DNA of 64,000 nucleotides from Pyrinomonadaceae bacterium (GTDB lineage Bacteria; Acidobacteriota; Blastocatellia; Pyrinomonadales; Pyrinomonadaceae): NCBI GenBank assembly GCA_028284415.1, contig JANQRU010000007.1, positions 969,243 to 1,033,242 of the forward strand, read 5' to 3'. Shown piece by piece: positions 61,221 to 64,000 of this stretch (position 1 is its first letter; each line of letters starts with the position of its first letter). The notes under the pieces were generated by a model. It saw only the letters and a program-made list of their open reading frames with translations, ran no database searches and was not told where the DNA came from. The position numbers and the translations under genes were made by a program.

Positions 61221-63163
61221 GAGATATTCCCGTTGGCAATGGCTCATTGCTGGTAACATTTGATGACAAATATCAGATTCGTGATATTTACTATCCGCAC
61301 ATCGGACAGGAGAATCATACGGAAGGTTTTCCATTCCGATTCGGTGTCTGGGTAGATGGAAAATTTTCGTGGGTATTTGAAGATAGCTGGAAGCGGTCGC
61401 TTAAATATGTTTCGGATACGCTCGTTACGGATGTTCACTTAATCAATGAAGAGCTGGGCATTGAAATAACTTGTCACGATACGGTTGCAAGTCATGACAA
61501 TATTTTTATGCGAAAAGCCTACGTCAGTAATTTGCTGGATACGGAACGGGACGTTCGCATATTTCTGCATCAAGATTTTAGGATTTACGAAAATAATGTT
61601 GGCGACACGGCTTATTACGACCCTGAAAGTTCCGCATTAATTCACTACAAAAAGCATCGTTATTTTTTGATCAATTCTGAGCCTCATTTTGATAATTTTG
61701 CGACGGGCAGAAAAGCTTTCGGTGATATGGAAGGAACTTGGCGAGATGCTGAGAATGGAACATTGGATGGAGGAGAGAAAACAGAAGGCTCGGTGGATTC
61801 AACCATTCAATTAAATTTCAAGTTATTACCACAAAGCACACAAGAATTTTTCTACTGGATAGTCGCAGGAAAATCTCATGCAGAAGTTTTTCGGATAAAC
61901 AACGGAATTATTGCATTGAGTCCCGGATATTCTTTAGATTATACGAGAAATTATTGGCGTGTGTGGGTAAATAAGAATGAGAGGGATTTTGGTGATCTAT
62001 CAGATGAAGTGATTGATCTATTTAAACGTTCTCTTTTGATCGCTCGAACTCAAATTGACAACTGCGGTTCGATCCTCGCGGCAAATGATTCGGATGTAAC
62101 CGAACGGGCAACCGATCATTACAGTTATTTATGGACTCGTGACGGTGCTTTTGTTGCCAATGCTCTTGACCTTGCCAACTATCCGTATTTAACCCGCAAT
62201 TTCTTTTTGTTTTGCTCACACATAGTTCATGACGAAGGTTATTATCTACAAAAATATAATGCTGACGGGACAGTCGCATCGGGTTGGCACGCTTCTTGGG
62301 ATAAATGGTCAAAAAGAAAGCTAATACCAATCCAAGAAGATGAAACTGCACTCGTTCTATGGGCTTTATGGGAACATTATGACAAATTCCGGGAAATCGA
62401 ATTTTCACATCGAATCTATCGCCCGATAGTCACAAAATGTGCCGACTTTCTAATTGATTTCCGTGACGAAAAAACAAAACTTCCGAAACCAAGTTGGAAC
62501 CTTTGGGAAGATCGTCGAGGTGTGCACACATTTACCTGTGCGACGGTCGTTGCAGGACTGCGAGCAGCAGCAAACTTTGCCAGACTTTTTAATGAAAATA
62601 TTTATGCAGAAATGTATGATAACGCCGCCAACGAAATAGTTGAGGCTATGCGGGAGCATTTGTACAGTGAGAAACATGGTCGTTTTCTGCGTGCATTAAA
62701 TTCAAATGATGACATTCATTTTGAACCTGATGCAACTATTGACGCTTCGTTATTTGGCATTTTTTATTTCGGAGCATTTGATGTAGATGATGAATTGGTT
62801 GAAAACACGATGAAAGCCATCGAGAAACACCTTTGGATAAATAACGGCATTGGCGGCGTAGCACGTTTTAATAACGATGGCTATATGCGTATCTCCGAAG
62901 ACTTCACAGGTAATCCTTGGTTTATTTGCACACTTTGGTTAGCAGATTACAGAATCGCTGTTGCTAAGAAAAAAGGAGACTTAAAAGGAGTTGTTGAAAT
63001 ACTCGAATGGACAGCTAAAAATGCTCTTCCCTCTGGGGTTTTAGCCGAACAAATTAGTCCTGGCGACGGCTCGCCCGTTTCAGTTTCACCTTTAACTTGG
63101 TCACATTCAACTTTTGTAGCAACGGTCATAAATTACGTAAAAAAATTAAACGAACTTTCGTAA
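61217..63163 (+). CDS. Glycoside hydrolase family 15 protein (glucoamylase/trehalase-like)
   Basis: SYLWTRDGAFVANAL (WTRD) GH15 hallmark. Length 648 aa. Confidence 0.75.
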   Translation: MRDIPVGNGSLLVTFDDKYQIRDIYYPHIGQENHTEGFPFRFGVWVDGKFSWVFEDSWKRSLKYVSDTLVTDVHLINEELGIEITCHDTVASHDNIFMRKAYVSNLLDTERDVRIFLHQDFRIYENNVGDTAYYDPESSALIHYKKHRYFLINSEPHFDNFATGRKAFGDMEGTWRDAENGTLDGGEKTEGSVDSTIQLNFKLLPQSTQEFFYWIVAGKSHAEVFRINNGIIALSPGYSLDYTRNYWRVWVNKNERDFGDLSDEVIDLFKRSLLIARTQIDNCGSILAANDSDVTERATDHYSYLWTRDGAFVANALDLANYPYLTRNFFLFCSHIVHDEGYYLQKYNADGTVASGWHASWDKWSKRKLIPIQEDETALVLWALWEHYDKFREIEFSHRIYRPIVTKCADFLIDFRDEKTKLPKPSWNLWEDRRGVHTFTCATVVAGLRAAANFARLFNENIYAEMYDNAANEIVEAMREHLYSEKHGRFLRALNSNDDIHFEPDATIDASLFGIFYFGAFDVDDELVENTMKAIEKHLWINNGIGGVARFNNDGYMRISEDFTGNPWFICTLWLADYRIAVAKKKGDLKGVVEILEWTAKNALPSGVLAEQISPGDGSPVSVSPLTWSHSTFVATVINYVKKLNELS

Positions 63164-63216
63164 ATCTATTTATCTTCATCATATTAAATCTTATTGTTTA
63201 TCTTTTAAGTTAACTA

Positions 63217-64000
63217 ATGCCTAAATCTTGGACGGAAAACAGAATCCAGAATTTAATTGAAAATGAGATCGAAGAATCTTTGACAGTTGAATACAAATCG
63301 GCTGAAGCTCTCGGTAAAAGTGATTATCAAAAAAAGGAGATAACAAAAGATGTCTCGGCTCTGGCAAATTCAGCCGGAGGTTTTTTGATTTATGGCATAC
63401 GCGAATTTTCCGACCCAAAGAAGCGTCACTTGCCTGAAAAGGTCGTTCCCGTTGACAGAACCAACTTTCCGAGAGAATGGCTCGAACAGGTTATTAACAG
63501 CATACGTCCGCGAATTGATGGAATTATTATTCATTCTGTTCAGCTTTCGAGTGGTGAAAATGATGTCGTTTACATTGTCGAAGTTCCGCAAAGTAATACA
63601 GCTCATCAAGCAAATAATCGCCGATATTATAAGCGTTTTAATTTTCAGTCTGTCCCGATGGAAGATTATGAAATCCGTGATGTAATTTTCCGCGAGCAGA
63701 TGCCTGATGTTGAAACAAAATTTCTGATCGAGTTGAAAGACACGGAACAAAACCTGATCGTTCACGCTAAAAATTACGGCTCAGCTTATGCCAGATATGT
63801 AGCTTGTTTTGTAGATGTTCCGATTGAAACTCTGGTAAACATCGAAAACAAAAGAAGCATAAAAGATGGTGGAAGATATTACCGCCATCGCCTGACAAAC
63901 TTAAATCAGGAATACGCCGACGAAACTTTCAAAGCCAATTTCCCGCTTTTGCGGAGTATGACGATGAGTTGGAAAATTCCACTCAAAGATATTTTTAACG
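63217..64000 (+). CDS. AlbA_2/Schlafen-like putative DNA-binding domain protein (truncated at window end)
   Basis: ESLTVEYKSAE...DVSALANSAGGFLIYGI matches the AlbA_2 N-terminal pattern (ExKxx...AfANtxGGxlliGv). The ORF continues past 64000, which is why it is absent from the ORF track. Confidence 0.5.
   Translation, partial: MPKSWTENRIQNLIENEIEESLTVEYKSAEALGKSDYQKKEITKDVSALANSAGGFLIYGIREFSDPKKRHLPEKVVPVDRTNFPREWLEQVINSIRPRIDGIIIHSVQLSSGENDVVYIVEVPQSNTAHQANNRRYYKRFNFQSVPMEDYEIRDVIFREQMPDVETKFLIELKDTEQNLIVHAKNYGSAYARYVACFVDVPIETLVNIENKRSIKDGGRYYRHRLTNLNQEYADETFKANFPLLRSMTMSWKIPLKDIFN

Overview
This 64-kb window is AT-rich (roughly 37-40% GC by eye) bacterial chromosome, about 60 genes and about 90% coding. 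Gene content suggests Acidobacteria or a related low-GC lineage: TPR-rich proteins, carboxypeptidase-regulatory-like domains, Pro-rich secreted proteins and many SPFH/peptidase genes. That assignment is inference only. A conserved housekeeping core runs rplU-rpmA-(gap)-obg-nadD-rsfS-rlmH-dksA-like-comF, with tsaD, dps, eno, rnz and a NifU-like scaffold nearby. No rRNA, tRNA or CRISPR was found. Several things stand out. (1) A toxin-like locus at 27.2-30.3 kb. It encodes a 595-aa HExxH (NleD/HopH1-like M91) metallopeptidase with a long Gly/Ala 'glycine-zipper' C-terminus and no signal peptide, followed by its own intrinsic terminator. Next comes a bicistron made of a 279-aa unknown protein and a DUF1795 (EagR/EagT-like chaperone) protein. 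No Hcp/VgrG/PAAR context is visible. (2) A roughly 520-nt non-coding candidate RNA between rpmA and obg. It has a near-consensus sigma70 promoter and a strong intrinsic terminator, and sits downstream of a triplicated 11-mer. (3) A 302-bp MITE-like element between convergent genes, with perfect 15-bp terminal inverted repeats, flanking GCGGTAG direct repeats and four REP-like GTCGC-N4-5-GCGAC hairpins. (4) Two paralogous small secreted proteins whose sequence aligns convincingly with eukaryotic TIMP N-terminal (NTR) domains, one of them with the Cys-x-Cys directly at the predicted signal-peptidase site. (5) A co-directional operon DinB_2-like / DoxX / DedA(VTT)::ATP-grasp fusion / NRDE, convergent with an OlsB-type N-acyltransferase. 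(6) A PerR/Fur-type 7-1-7 palindrome overlapping the -10 of dps. (7) Recurrent 7-10-bp tandem repeats in three intergenic regions. Coordinates were refined from the ORF track where an internal ATG with an RBS or signal peptide was evident. The track appears to translate TTG/GTG starts as M.
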